64,000 bases of DNA from Candidatus Bathyarchaeota archaeon (GTDB lineage Archaea; Thermoproteota; Bathyarchaeia; Bathyarchaeales; Bathycorpusculaceae). This document shows positions 39,358 to 49,945 of the stretch, piece by piece. The notes under the pieces were generated by a model. That model was not told the origin of the DNA. It worked only from the letters and a program-made list of their open reading frames with translations, and searched no databases. The translations under genes were made by a program, and so were the position numbers. Position 1 is the first letter of the stretch. Every line of letters starts with the position of its first letter. The DNA lies in contig CAVTBV010000013.1 of the NCBI GenBank assembly GCA_963733095.1, forward strand, positions 128,001 to 192,000. The letters run 5' to 3'.

Positions 39358-39553
39358 GTTTATACCCCTTTTATGTCTTTACTTGTAAACCATATGTAAT
39401 AAATCTGAACAATCTTAACTAAAATGGATGTGCAAGCATAATTTAAAGCTTCAATATCAATTGAAGGTAAAAAGCAGAATTTTTCAGGCAAAAACTTTCC
39501 AGATGCCTGCAAACGTTGAACACGTAAATAATGAATGTTGGCAAGATCGTTTG

Positions 39554-40558
39554 TTAAGGTACTAGTATTGCTCTCCCCACGATCTTACCCTGCTTAAGCT
39601 TGATTAATACATCCTCAGCATCGCCAAGTCTATACGACGTATAATCCACCCTTACCTTGCCCATAGATGCCAACTTCAAGGTCTCATTCATCTCCTTTCT
39701 GGTGCCTATGAAACTTCCAATAACCGAGTACTCTTCTGGAAAACTAATGTGAGTATTCCCAATAATGCCCATGAGGACAATTCCGCCGCGCTTAACTATT
39801 CGTAATGCTTGCTCAACGGCTCTCTGGGATGGTGCATGGACCATAACTACCTCTGGCCTGCCCGTATTCAGAATGTAATCGTCAAGTTCCATTGGAGTTA
39901 AGGCATGGTCAGCACCGATATCTTGGGCCAACTTTAGCTTTTCCTCAGAAGTGTCGATGGCGATAGTTTCTGCCCCCGCTAACTTGGCAAACTGTAGCGT
40001 CATATGTCCCACGCCGCCGATGCCTATGATGGCAACTTTTTGGCCAATCCGCACCTTCGCCCTCTTAACCGCATGGTATGCCGTGATACCGGGGCAAAAC
40101 AGCGACGCACTCTCCTCAAACCCCAAGTTATCGGGCAAATGATAAACAAAAGCAGCAGGCGCAACCATGAACTCAGCAAATCCTCCATCAACGACTTCAC
40201 CAGTGGTTAGCCTTTTTACACAGAGATTTTCTCTTCCACTCAGACAAAACTCGCAAGTTCCATCAGTCTTCCAAAGTACCTGTACACCCACCCTATCACC
40301 CCTCTGGAATCCCTCTGCCAAACTGCCAACTTCCACAATTTCACCAGTGACTTCGTGTCCTGGAATGATGGGTAGTTTAGCTGGGACTCCGAACTGCTTT
40401 AGTTCACCCTCTATCATGTGCAGGTTGCTGTAGCATACACCGCATGCTTTGATTTTGATTAGGACTTGGTCGCTTTCTGGCACGGGGTCTTTGACGGTTG
40501 TGTAGGTTAACGGGTGGTTTTCTATCTTGTCAATTCTTGTGAGTAGTTGGGCTTTCAT
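39554..40558 (-). CDS. Zinc-dependent alcohol dehydrogenase (MDR family)
   Basis: ACGVC, PGHE, CEFC..ENLC, GIGGVG. Confidence 0.92.
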   Translation of the reverse strand: MKAQLLTRIDKIENHPLTYTTVKDPVPESDQVLIKIKACGVCYSNLHMIEGELKQFGVPAKLPIIPGHEVTGEIVEVGSLAEGFQRGDRVGVQVLWKTDGTCEFCLSGRENLCVKRLTTGEVVDGGFAEFMVAPAAFVYHLPDNLGFEESASLFCPGITAYHAVKRAKVRIGQKVAIIGIGGVGHMTLQFAKLAGAETIAIDTSEEKLKLAQDIGADHALTPMELDDYILNTGRPEVVMVHAPSQRAVEQALRIVKRGGIVLMGIIGNTHISFPEEYSVIGSFIGTRKEMNETLKLASMGKVRVDYTSYRLGDAEDVLIKLKQGKIVGRAILVP

Positions 40559-40911
40559 ATTGGGTTCCTTGACAATGGTTGCTTGTGCTTTAGGACTCAA
40601 TTTGACGGAATCTAATAAGAATGACTGTTGATGTGCAAATATTTAGTTTATGTCAAGAATCCAAATCCACCTATGTCCTGATGTTTCCATCAAACGAGCA
40701 ATAGGTAATAAAACCCTCTTAGCGACAGATTCACACACTTGATGTGAACATTAAACCTAGTACCGATTCTTCTTATTTCATTTAGCTGCAAATAGTCGCG
40801 GCTGTTTTTTGTGATCTATTTTGGACTTAAATTCTATTTCAACAGTTTTATGCGGCGTATCTTTTTATACGGCAAACGCAAATAGAGAACCCAAGCAAGG
40901 TGCAAAAAGCT

Positions 40912-41964
40912 ATGCCTAAAGTTAAAGTTGCATTAATCGGCGTTGGAAACTGCGCCTCATCCTTCATCCAAGGCATCCAATACTATGGAAAACTCGACAA
41001 ACCCAAAGACAGCGTTGGATTGCGCAACCCCGTTTTAGCGAATTTGAGCCCCAAAGACATAGAGGTGGTCGCAGCGTTTGATGTCGATGACCGCAAAGTT
41101 GGCAAAGATCTCTCTGAAGCAATTTTTGCTCAGCCAAACAACACCCTAATAGTATCTGATGTTCCTTCAATGGGCGTTATGGTTTCTAAAGGTCAATTGC
41201 TTGATGGGGTTGGGACATCAACACAAGCCCTCGTTCAAGTAAGCAAGGAACCAGACGCAGACACAGTTAAAGTCCTCAAGGCAGCTGGCGCGGAAGTCAT
41301 GATTAATCTGCTTCCAAGCGGAGCCACAAAAGCCACACAGTACTACGCAGAACAAGCCCTAGCCGCAGGATGTGCTTTCGTGAACGTTACACCAAACTTC
41401 ATCGCAAGCGACGCCGCATGGGCAAAAAAATTCGCTGACGCAAAACTTCCACTCGTCGGCGACGACTTAGTCGACCAAGTCGGCTCAACCGCACTACACA
41501 AAACCCTGCTTAAACTGCTCTCAGACAGTGGAGTCCGAATAAATGAAACCTACCAGCTCGACGTTGGCGGAGGAACCGAATCCGCAGACACCATGGACCG
41601 CACACGCGATGCAAAACGCTACATCAAAACCGAATCCGTAGCCGCATCAATACCCTACAAAGCCGAAATCGTCGCAGGCTCAACTGACTACGTGGATTTC
41701 CTGAAGAATAAACGCGACAGTTACTTCTTCATCAGCGGCGTCTACTTCTGTAATACACCCATGAAAATCGACCTCAAATTCCAAACTGTTGACGCCCCGA
41801 ACGCGGGGTCAGTTCTGTTTGATGTTGTGCGAGCAGTGAAATTGGCTTTAGACAAAAAACTTGTGGGTGCAGTGGAGCCAGTTTGCGCTTACGGGTTTAA
41901 GCGTCCACCGCAAATGGTTTCGATAGAAGAAGCAGAAACAATGTTCAAAAAATTTGTAGCTTAA
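40912..41964 (+). CDS. ino1: myo-Inositol-1-phosphate synthase
   Basis: IGVGNCASS, VAAFDVD.RKVGKDLSEAI, VGDD, DAPNAG. Confidence 0.9.
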   Translation: MPKVKVALIGVGNCASSFIQGIQYYGKLDKPKDSVGLRNPVLANLSPKDIEVVAAFDVDDRKVGKDLSEAIFAQPNNTLIVSDVPSMGVMVSKGQLLDGVGTSTQALVQVSKEPDADTVKVLKAAGAEVMINLLPSGATKATQYYAEQALAAGCAFVNVTPNFIASDAAWAKKFADAKLPLVGDDLVDQVGSTALHKTLLKLLSDSGVRINETYQLDVGGGTESADTMDRTRDAKRYIKTESVAASIPYKAEIVAGSTDYVDFLKNKRDSYFFISGVYFCNTPMKIDLKFQTVDAPNAGSVLFDVVRAVKLALDKKLVGAVEPVCAYGFKRPPQMVSIEEAETMFKKFVA

Positions 41965-41965
41965 G

Positions 41966-43105
41966 CTAGATTTTTTCTAGCTCACCCAATATTTTATCTT
42001 TAACCCCGTTCTGTTCAAGAGTACTTTTTAGCACAGTTATGGTTTTTACTGGTGTGGGGTCTGCTCCACGCAAAATGGCTAGGTAGACACTTGTGAAGTC
42101 TCCGACTAAGATAGTTGACAGCATTTTCGCCAACGGGGTTGTTCCCTGGGCTTCCAAGTCAATCATAACCAAACCCGCACGCTCCATAATTTGCTTAGAG
42201 ATTTCAATTCGACTCTCGATTTCCACAGGCTCATCGACATCGCGGATCAAAACTATCGTGAACCATTTGCATTGTTCGCCTCTGCCTTCCCAACCGACAA
42301 TCTCGTTATGATCCAGCTCAGAAAAGTATTCCCATTTGGCGGCGGATTTGCTGTTCTCGTTAAACTGCTGCTTAAACCGCTGAGCCACGCTCCGGTAGAA
42401 GCCAAACCCATAGATAATCGGGGTTGATTCACCGATGTTTTGAGCTAAGCCCTTTGCAAAATTCTCGTTAGCCTGTTTTTCCGGGCCATTGTCTTGGCTG
42501 ATTTTTTCGAGAAGACTGAAAGTTTCTTTTAATTCTTCTTTTACGCCTTTAGCTAAGCCTGCCTTTTCCATGTAAACTAGAAGCGGCAAAAGCATATACG
42601 GCAATGCTGCGCGCGGAGGCATTCCGCTGGGAACCTGAAGGTGCGGCACTTTGTGTTTTCGGGCGTATTTTAAGAGTGCACCACCGCTGGTTATGCAGTA
42701 AATCATGCATTTGCGTTTCAGTGCATCAAGGTAACTGCTTAGGGTCTCTTCTGTGTCGCCTGAATAGCTTGTGATGAAAACAAGTGTTTTTTTGTTGGCG
42801 TATGCTGGTAACTTGTATTCTCGGCTAACTTCAACGGGCACGGAAAGTTGGGTTTTTGCCCAGTCTTTAAGCAAGTCGCCGCCGATGGCTGAACCGCCTA
42901 AACCAGCCACGATTATATTGTCGGGTTTAGGGTAATCAACGACGATTTTCTCAGCGTTTTCGGCAGCTTCACGGTAATGTTTAGCTGCGTTAACAGAAAA
43001 ATTTAGCATACCACTCTTATCAACGGCGTTTATTCTCTCAACATTATCCAAAAGTGCTGTTGGCAACTTTGAGTCCTCCAAATAACACGCAGTTTTATAT
43101 CTCAT
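41966..43105 (-). CDS. Bifunctional phosphoglucose/phosphomannose isomerase
   Basis: GLGGSAIGGD, SYSGDTEET, PRAA, QFNENSK, ELDHNEI. Confidence 0.92.
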   Translation of the reverse strand: MRYKTACYLEDSKLPTALLDNVERINAVDKSGMLNFSVNAAKHYREAAENAEKIVVDYPKPDNIIVAGLGGSAIGGDLLKDWAKTQLSVPVEVSREYKLPAYANKKTLVFITSYSGDTEETLSSYLDALKRKCMIYCITSGGALLKYARKHKVPHLQVPSGMPPRAALPYMLLPLLVYMEKAGLAKGVKEELKETFSLLEKISQDNGPEKQANENFAKGLAQNIGESTPIIYGFGFYRSVAQRFKQQFNENSKSAAKWEYFSELDHNEIVGWEGRGEQCKWFTIVLIRDVDEPVEIESRIEISKQIMERAGLVMIDLEAQGTTPLAKMLSTILVGDFTSVYLAILRGADPTPVKTITVLKSTLEQNGVKDKILGELEKI

Positions 43106-43154
43106 CCCACCCTTTTAAGGACAACGCACACAACAACCGCAGAGGCACGACCAT

Positions 43155-44009
43155 ATGGATAAAAAGAAACTTGCAATCGCCATACCCGCATCCACAATCT
43201 CCGACACACCCCACCTTAGAGAAAAAACTGCAAAGATCGGTTTAATTGGACGTGCAGCAGCAATTTTTCGAGTAGACGAAATCATAGTTTACCCCGACAG
43301 CCCAAAAGTTGACCAGCGACGCGATTTGGATTTTATTGCTCTTTTGCTTAATTATTTGGAGACTCCCCAGTACCTGCGGAAAACCTTGTTTAAGCTTGAC
43401 CCAGATTTGGAGTATGCAGGGATTCTTCCACCGTTGCGTACGCCGCATCATCCGTTGAGTGGCAAAACTAAGCATTTGCATGTGGGCGAATACCGTGAGG
43501 GCGTGGTTTTATCTGAGGTAAAAGAGGGCTTGGTGGTTGAAATTGGGGTTCAACAACCAGCGCTTCTGAGACAAAAAGGATTCTCTGTGGGCGAACGTTT
43601 AACTCTGCAAGTAGTTAATGTTGGCAAGCAAATTGAGGTTCAGACTGCAAGTCGCGAGGACGTGCCTGCTTACTGGGGGTATGAGGTTCGCGTGGAGAAA
43701 CGTTCTTTTAGAAAAATGATGGCAGACGCCGAGTTTGATTTAAAGATCGCCACTGCACGGATAGGTGACAACTTTATGGAGGTCGCCTCCAAGATAAGTG
43801 CGCAATGGGCTAAGAGCCAGCAGGTCTTAGTGGCGTTTGGGGCTCCTTCGCGTGGTTTACATGAGATTGTGCAGGATGAGGGCGTGAAACTGGAGGCGGT
43901 TGCGGATTTTGTGGTAAACATGGTTCCATGTCAAGGGACAGCAACGGTTCGCACAGAAGAGGCACTTTTGGCAACATTAGCAATTTTAAACGTTCAATTT
44001 AGCTGTTGA
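43155..44009 (+). CDS. SPOUT-family RNA methyltransferase (DUF171/SPOUT1-like)
   Basis: IGRAAAIFRVDEI, ETPQYLRK, GILPPLRTPHH, QGTATVRTEEA. Confidence 0.92.
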   Translation: MDKKKLAIAIPASTISDTPHLREKTAKIGLIGRAAAIFRVDEIIVYPDSPKVDQRRDLDFIALLLNYLETPQYLRKTLFKLDPDLEYAGILPPLRTPHHPLSGKTKHLHVGEYREGVVLSEVKEGLVVEIGVQQPALLRQKGFSVGERLTLQVVNVGKQIEVQTASREDVPAYWGYEVRVEKRSFRKMMADAEFDLKIATARIGDNFMEVASKISAQWAKSQQVLVAFGAPSRGLHEIVQDEGVKLEAVADFVVNMVPCQGTATVRTEEALLATLAILNVQFSC

Positions 44010-44097
44010 CCTTTGCCTTGTTTTTTTAGAGTTTTTTGACAAACAAATAAAAGCTACTTTTGTTTATTGTGGAGTCTATGCCCTCTCTTGACCTTGC

Positions 44098-45223
44098 CAT
44101 GCCCATTGCCCTATTGACCGTGGTAACTGTTGCGATGCTTCTAAACAAACGTGTGGAAGGCAAATTGATGGCGACAGTTGAAGAAAAAGAGTTCAAGACA
44201 CGCGACATAATCCTGCTTGTCGTCTTCATCTCCATCGCGATTACGGTCATAGCCTTAACGACGATGTATGCTCCAGGGCAAGTTTTCCAAAACATCCTCA
44301 TGATAGTTTTCCTCTCATCCTACACAATGTTGCTGTTCACATTCTCATACGTGTTTTCTAACCTTACCAAGATGAAGGCACAACTGCTCTCCGTCGGTTT
44401 CGGTATTGTCAGCTTAGTCGTTGCGTTAGCAAGCCTTTCGGGTCCACTCAGCGACAATTATTCAATTTATCGTGCTGCCGCCTTCTTTGCATTATCCGCC
44501 TTCTGCTTTGGCGCCACACTATTTGAGCAGAAAAAGACCCTTGAAAAGAAATCCCGCTGGTATGTTGCTGCTCAGCCACCCGCATTGTTTGTGTTGCTCT
44601 TCGTGTTATTCAATTTCATCTACGGCGGCACCCTCCAAGTATGGTATCCTATTCTTATGGATGTTTTCGGCTTCACCTTTGCCATCCTCATTATCCTCTA
44701 TCTTTCCTCGTTGTTTAGCTGGAAAACTGTAGGCTTATTTGCGGTTCTCCTAACAATCATGGACATTATTCTGGTAATTGGCACTGGCACGATGGTTACT
44801 GCAGCCAAGCAATTCACTGGGCTGGGTCTTCCTGTCCTAGTTTATCTGCCAAATGTTCCGTTCATCCATTCTGCTACGGGTGCCCTTTTGAGTCGAGGTT
44901 TAGGGTTAGGGGACTTTTTCTTTGCAGGCGTCCTTGCTGTTCAAACATTCAACAAATTTGGTAAAAAAACTGCGTTTGTTGCGGCTATTGCGATGGCGGT
45001 GGCTTTCGGTATTTGGGAAGCGTTCTTGCCAGACATCATAAATGGGCTCATCCCGATTGTTGGAAGAAACATCCAAGGGTTCCCGGGTACATTGATGATT
45101 ATTAGCGGTTGGGCACCTATCGTAGCTTTGAAGTTGCTTTTTGACAGAAATAAGGTGGCTGAGGTGTCTGCGGTTTCGGAACAACCTGAAACACCAAAAG
45201 ACCCAAGTTTACCTATTCAATAA
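44098..45223 (+). CDS. Presenilin/signal-peptide-peptidase-like (A22, GxGD) intramembrane aspartyl protease
   Basis: Multi-TM protein with LTIMDIILV and GLGLGDFF aspartate motifs. Confidence 0.75.
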
Positions 45224-45314
45224 AGTCTTCAAAATGAAAATTTCTTAGGAATTAAATGTAAAGATAAAATATTTTTGGGAATAATAAGATTAAAAATAAG
45301 AAAAAAGGCTTAAT

Positions 45315-45632
45315 TTACCCGAATAGGGCGCCTAATCCTTCTAATGCTGCTTCTTCCTTGGCTTTCTCTTCTTCAGCTTTCTTCTTCTTGTCCTCTGGTG
45401 GAGCTGCTGCTGATTTCTGTTCTGCTGGAGCTGCTACTGGAGCGGCTGCCATCATTGCTGGTGCGGCTTTGATAGCTTCATCAATGTTTACTTCACTGAG
45501 TGATGCTACGAGTGCTTTAACTTGAACTGCATCAACTGTGACACCTGCTGCTTCGAGAACTTTTGTTACTGAAGCTTCGTTGATTTCTTTACCTGCCTTG
45601 TGAAGGAGCATTGCTGCGTAAATATTTTCCAT
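45315..45632 (-). CDS. rpl12p: 50S ribosomal stalk protein P1/L12p
   Basis: [11 protein letters not shown]..., Ala-rich hinge, EGLGALFG C-terminus. Confidence 0.96.
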   Translation of the reverse strand: MENIYAAMLLHKAGKEINEASVTKVLEAAGVTVDAVQVKALVASLSEVNIDEAIKAAPAMMAAAPVAAPAEQKSAAAPPEDKKKKAEEEKAKEEAALEGLGALFG

Positions 45633-45916
45633 ACCTTTTCACCTCTTCCAACCTCTACGTCGGGGTATTTTAACCTTTTTAGGTGGTCTGACCTTCCTCC
45701 AAGATTGGAAGCTGGTCGTTACCTGAAATGGCAATTACTTTTGCCGTTTTCTTGCCGTTTAGAAGATTGCCCTTTACCTTAAGAACCTTTCGCACATGGA
45801 TAAGTCAAGTAATAATTCACATTTTTCTTTCCCTACCAACCAAAAATTAATGCTCAACCAACAACACTTATCTTGCAGAACAACTTCATTGCGGATAGTT
45901 TACTGGGTCGGTACTA

Positions 45917-46888
45917 ATGGGAAACATCACTGTAGCCATTCTGGGTGCTTTAGATTACGGTGGCAACCTTGGCAAAAAAGGCACCTCCACAGATATAACC
46001 CTCTACAACCTCAAAAAAGGCGAAGACACCATTACCTTCATTGAGCCCACACGTTACCCCGAACGGTTAGCGCCACTGTTCTATGCATGTGCGTTAGCTA
46101 AAGAAGCCATAATAGTTGTGGATGAACTTAACGCTACCTTTGGAGAACAACTGGTCATGGTCCAGTGTTCAGACATAAAGAGCGGCTACTTCGTTTTGCG
46201 CAATTATATTCCTAAAGAAAAAATCTTGCCCATAATCAAAGGCACAAGTCTTGAAACTTTTGAGTTTGTGGCTGACGATGCCAATGTGCTGCGGGAGAAA
46301 CTCTTAGCAGATGCCGCCAAACAACAACCCGCCCAAACTCCACAACCAGTCGGAACGGTTCCCGTCGATCACGCTTTTAACGTAAAAGGCGTCGGCGTAG
46401 TCATTTTAGGCATAGTCGCATACGGTTCAGTGCAAAAACACACAACCTTAAACGTTCTCCCAGCCTCAAAAACTGCCCAAGTCCGCTCAATACAAAAACA
46501 CGACGACGAATTCGACCTAGCAAGCGAAGGTGACCGCGTTGGGTTAGCACTAAAGAACGTAGACGTTGAAGACCTCGACCGCGGTACCATCCTGACAAAT
46601 GACCCTTCCATCAAAACAGCAACTAAGCTCCAGGTGCAGGCTTCGCTGGTGAAATATTGGCAAACCCCGCTCAAAGTGGGCATGGTTGTTCATGTTGGGC
46701 ATTGGACCCAATTTATAACCGCAAAAGTAGAAGCCGTTAGTGATGTGGGTGACCCTAAGAAACCAACTTTAACATTAACATTGGAAAAGCCTCTTGCTTA
46801 CCGGCCTAACGACAAAGCAGTGTTGATGTATCTTGATGGTGCCAAACTGCGGGTAGCGGGAACAGTTACGCTATCTTGGACGCGCTAA
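45917..46888 (+). CDS. SelB-like (SelBL) translation-factor homologue with a degenerate G domain
   Basis: LGKKGTSTDITLYN N-terminus without an intact P-loop; VDHAFNVKGVG and VRSIQKHD...GDRVGLALK EF-Tu domain II. Confidence 0.8.
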   Translation: MGNITVAILGALDYGGNLGKKGTSTDITLYNLKKGEDTITFIEPTRYPERLAPLFYACALAKEAIIVVDELNATFGEQLVMVQCSDIKSGYFVLRNYIPKEKILPIIKGTSLETFEFVADDANVLREKLLADAAKQQPAQTPQPVGTVPVDHAFNVKGVGVVILGIVAYGSVQKHTTLNVLPASKTAQVRSIQKHDDEFDLASEGDRVGLALKNVDVEDLDRGTILTNDPSIKTATKLQVQASLVKYWQTPLKVGMVVHVGHWTQFITAKVEAVSDVGDPKKPTLTLTLEKPLAYRPNDKAVLMYLDGAKLRVAGTVTLSWTR

Positions 46889-47033
46889 TTTGGGTAACGA
46901 AGGTTTTTGATGCGCAGTCTTGTTCTTGTATCTTGCAGGTTGGGCATACTGCTTACCGCACCATTAGCATCTTAAGCCCGAACTACAAGGAAAATGATAA
47001 GTTCCTGTTTAACGAATGATTATTGGTTGCTGT

Positions 47034-48134
47034 ATGAAGAAAACAGCATTATCCCACGCATTCATTTTGATACTGCTCATCTCTGCAGTCTTTGTAGTTG
47101 GCTTTGCAGATGCGGCACCAACATATCCTATTCCAACCGGACCCTTAACTCCACCCGCTATATCGATGGAGTCGCCTGTAAGCAGGACTTATGTTTCATG
47201 GTTTGTGCCGCTTCAGTTTTCGGTGAACGGCAATTGGGATGGGTATGTGAATCATCTTTCCGTGGAGTTCAGTGTGGACAGCGGGGCACAGTATATTATC
47301 TATGATTCTCACTTTCGCCTAAACGAGATAGGCCAAAACTTTTCAATAACTTTAGGTCCCCTCTCAGAAGGAATGCACCATATCCAAGTCTTTGCAACAG
47401 TCGGCGGCGTCTACCAAACCACTCCAAACTCAACCACACTCAGCATCAACGACTTTACCTCCCAAACCTCAGTATACTTCACCGTAAACACAACCGGGCA
47501 AGCTAAAATTGCAATTCTCTCACCCCAAAACCAAACCTATAACCTAAACAAGGACATACCAGTGGAATTTAATGTAAACACGACTTCTTCAATCGAAAGC
47601 ATGGGCTACACTTTAGACACCCAATCAAACGTTACCATCCCCCGAAACACCACATTGTACGGACCAATACCTGACGGCACGCATACACTCAAAGTCTATT
47701 CAGTATTCAGCGACATACTCCCAGTTTCTTCAACCATCAACTTCACTGTTGACACCACTCCGCCAAACGTCTCCATTCTATCATTAGCAGATGAGACATA
47801 CAACACATCCAAGATACCCTTAGTGTTCACAGTTAACGAGACAACTTCGCTAATCACCTATATCCTTGATGGAAAAGTGTACACTATTGATGGAAACACA
47901 ACCTTGACCGGTCTGCAAAACCAAGCGCACAAGATAACAGTCTACGCAACCGATGAAGCTGGAAACGCTGGAGCTTCAGAAACAATCGATTTTAACGTCC
48001 AAGTGCCAATTCCTTCCCAAAGGGCTCTTGCAATTCTGCCGCCTATGGCAATAGTTCTGATTGGCGGTCTAAGTATCCTTATCTACCTTGAGAGACGCAA
48101 GCAAACAGCTGCCAAAAATCGACAAACAATCTAA
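47034..48134 (+). CDS. Secreted Ig-like repeat protein with C-terminal TM anchor
   Basis: Signal peptide; repeated SPQNQTY/YTLD/GTHTLKVY and VYATDEAGN modules; TM helix plus RRK. Confidence 0.85.
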   Translation: MKKTALSHAFILILLISAVFVVGFADAAPTYPIPTGPLTPPAISMESPVSRTYVSWFVPLQFSVNGNWDGYVNHLSVEFSVDSGAQYIIYDSHFRLNEIGQNFSITLGPLSEGMHHIQVFATVGGVYQTTPNSTTLSINDFTSQTSVYFTVNTTGQAKIAILSPQNQTYNLNKDIPVEFNVNTTSSIESMGYTLDTQSNVTIPRNTTLYGPIPDGTHTLKVYSVFSDILPVSSTINFTVDTTPPNVSILSLADETYNTSKIPLVFTVNETTSLITYILDGKVYTIDGNTTLTGLQNQAHKITVYATDEAGNAGASETIDFNVQVPIPSQRALAILPPMAIVLIGGLSILIYLERRKQTAAKNRQTI

Positions 48135-48196
48135 ATCGCATGGACAAATAGAATTATTAAAAAAAGAAATATTCCCAAAAAAAGAGCGTTATTGTC

Positions 48197-48436
48197 TTAT
48201 GTGTTTTCAATTACCCTGAGTTGGTGAGCTGGTTACGCCGGCTATTTGTCTTATGCGTGATTTAGTTATGTCTTTTAGCTTGTCAACGGAGTTGGCTTTG
48301 ATTTTGATTAGAAGGTCGTATATACCGTATAGGGTGTATGCTTCTTAGACGCCTTCAATCTGTCTTAGGTTTTCTAATACTTTATCTTGGGAGCCTAAGT
48401 TGGTATTTACTAAGACTACTGCAAAAAATTATACAT
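48197..48436 (-). pseudogene. Stand-alone Lrp/AsnC ligand-binding (RAM) domain pseudogene
   Basis: AVVLVNTNLGSQDKVLENLRQIEGV*EAYTLYGIYDLLIKIKA... with TAA at 48345-48347 and frameshifts near both ends. Confidence 0.75.
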
Positions 48437-48776
48437 TAAACCTATGTGTTCTCCTCTGCTCTTTGCAACATAATTAAGGCTACATGGTTGCATGAAAGAG
48501 CCATCAAGACAGTTCGGTCAAAAAATCCTTTGTCTTTAACTGAAAGAAGCTTTGCGGTCGCAGAACCCCTAACTGACTCTTTGTGTACCAACCTATTAGA
48601 ATCCTAATAACAGATTATTGCAGAAACTGTAGAAGGATATTTCATATTGACTTAAAACAGCCGCATTAGCATGTTGAAAATCTGGATTATTCGTCTATTG
48701 GTCTGCTGGAAGGGTGTCGGCGGTTTTGCGGGTTTGGTTGCAATAATCCATATATCCTGAGGCGTTTCATCAAGGC

Positions 48777-49919
48777 ATGATGATTATGTATCGGACTGGC
48801 ATGGCAAACTTGCCCCTGCATGGAGGGAAGGCTCCTTCTTGGCTTACTGGGCGCATGAGGAAGATGGCTAAGGAAATCGCCAGTATAATCATCGAGGAGC
48901 AGGGCACCGCCAAATTTATTGCGCGGTTGTCGGATCCTTTTTGGTTTCAAGCTTTCGGGTGCGTCCTCGCTTATGACTGGCACAGCAGCGGCGTAACCAC
49001 CGTTGTAACAGGCATCCTCAAAAATGCGCTGTCAGCTGAAGAGCACGGGGTTGTTGTTTGTGGTGGGAAAGGTAGGACTTCGCGGAAAACTCCTAGTGAT
49101 ATAGCGGCGGCAGGCGAAAAATTCGGGTTCTCCGAACAAACCATTGAAGACCTCACATACACAAGCCGCATGACTGCTAAAGTTGACAACACCGCTATCC
49201 AAGCAGGATACCAACTCTACCACCACACCCTACTGGTAACAAGAGAAGAGAAGTGGGCTGTTATTCAGCAGGGTATGAGTGATGAGAACCGTTCGGCGAG
49301 GCGGTATCATTGGCTAAGCGAAAACACCCGGAGTTTCGTTGAGGAACCCCACACTGCAATCGCATGCAACATTAAACGGGAACGTGCCCTTAACATGGTT
49401 GCTCAACAAAGCGAGGCTGCCCGCAAAGCATCTGTCGACCTCTCAAAGGAACCTACACGAAAACTCATGAATCTAATCCAATCTGCCGCTAAACCCATCA
49501 ATCAGGCATCGCTTCAAGATTGGCTTCCTAAATCATCTGACCCATGGCAGATAACCCAAACAACACTCAACATGCCTCGCAACATCAACTGGGACACCCT
49601 TGCCCGAGTCTACGAGTTTCAGCCCAACAATTATGAGGAACTGCTCAGCGTCAAGGGCGTCGGACCTGCAACGGTGCGGGGACTTGCGTTGGTTGCTGAG
49701 TTGGTTTATGGTGAAGAACCCAGCTGGGAAGACCCTGTCAAATTTAGTTTTGCATACGGCGGCAAAGACGGCGTCCCCTACCCAGTGAATCGTCAAGCAA
49801 TGGATGAATCAATTGAAATCCTGCGACAATCGGTGCAGGAAGCAAAAATGGGTGACAAAGAAAAACTTCAATCACTCCAAAGATTGCGCCGTTTTGTTAC
49901 AGCGGATGCAAATTCTTAA
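48777..49919 (+). CDS. DUF763 family protein
   Basis: LPLHGGKAP.WL, DWHSSGVTT, AKVDNTAIQ, HhH-like KGVGP, FAYGGKDGVP. Confidence 0.9.
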   Translation: MMIMYRTGMANLPLHGGKAPSWLTGRMRKMAKEIASIIIEEQGTAKFIARLSDPFWFQAFGCVLAYDWHSSGVTTVVTGILKNALSAEEHGVVVCGGKGRTSRKTPSDIAAAGEKFGFSEQTIEDLTYTSRMTAKVDNTAIQAGYQLYHHTLLVTREEKWAVIQQGMSDENRSARRYHWLSENTRSFVEEPHTAIACNIKRERALNMVAQQSEAARKASVDLSKEPTRKLMNLIQSAAKPINQASLQDWLPKSSDPWQITQTTLNMPRNINWDTLARVYEFQPNNYEELLSVKGVGPATVRGLALVAELVYGEEPSWEDPVKFSFAYGGKDGVPYPVNRQAMDESIEILRQSVQEAKMGDKEKLQSLQRLRRFVTADANS

Positions 49920-49945
49920 AACTAAAACCTGCCAAATAGACATGT

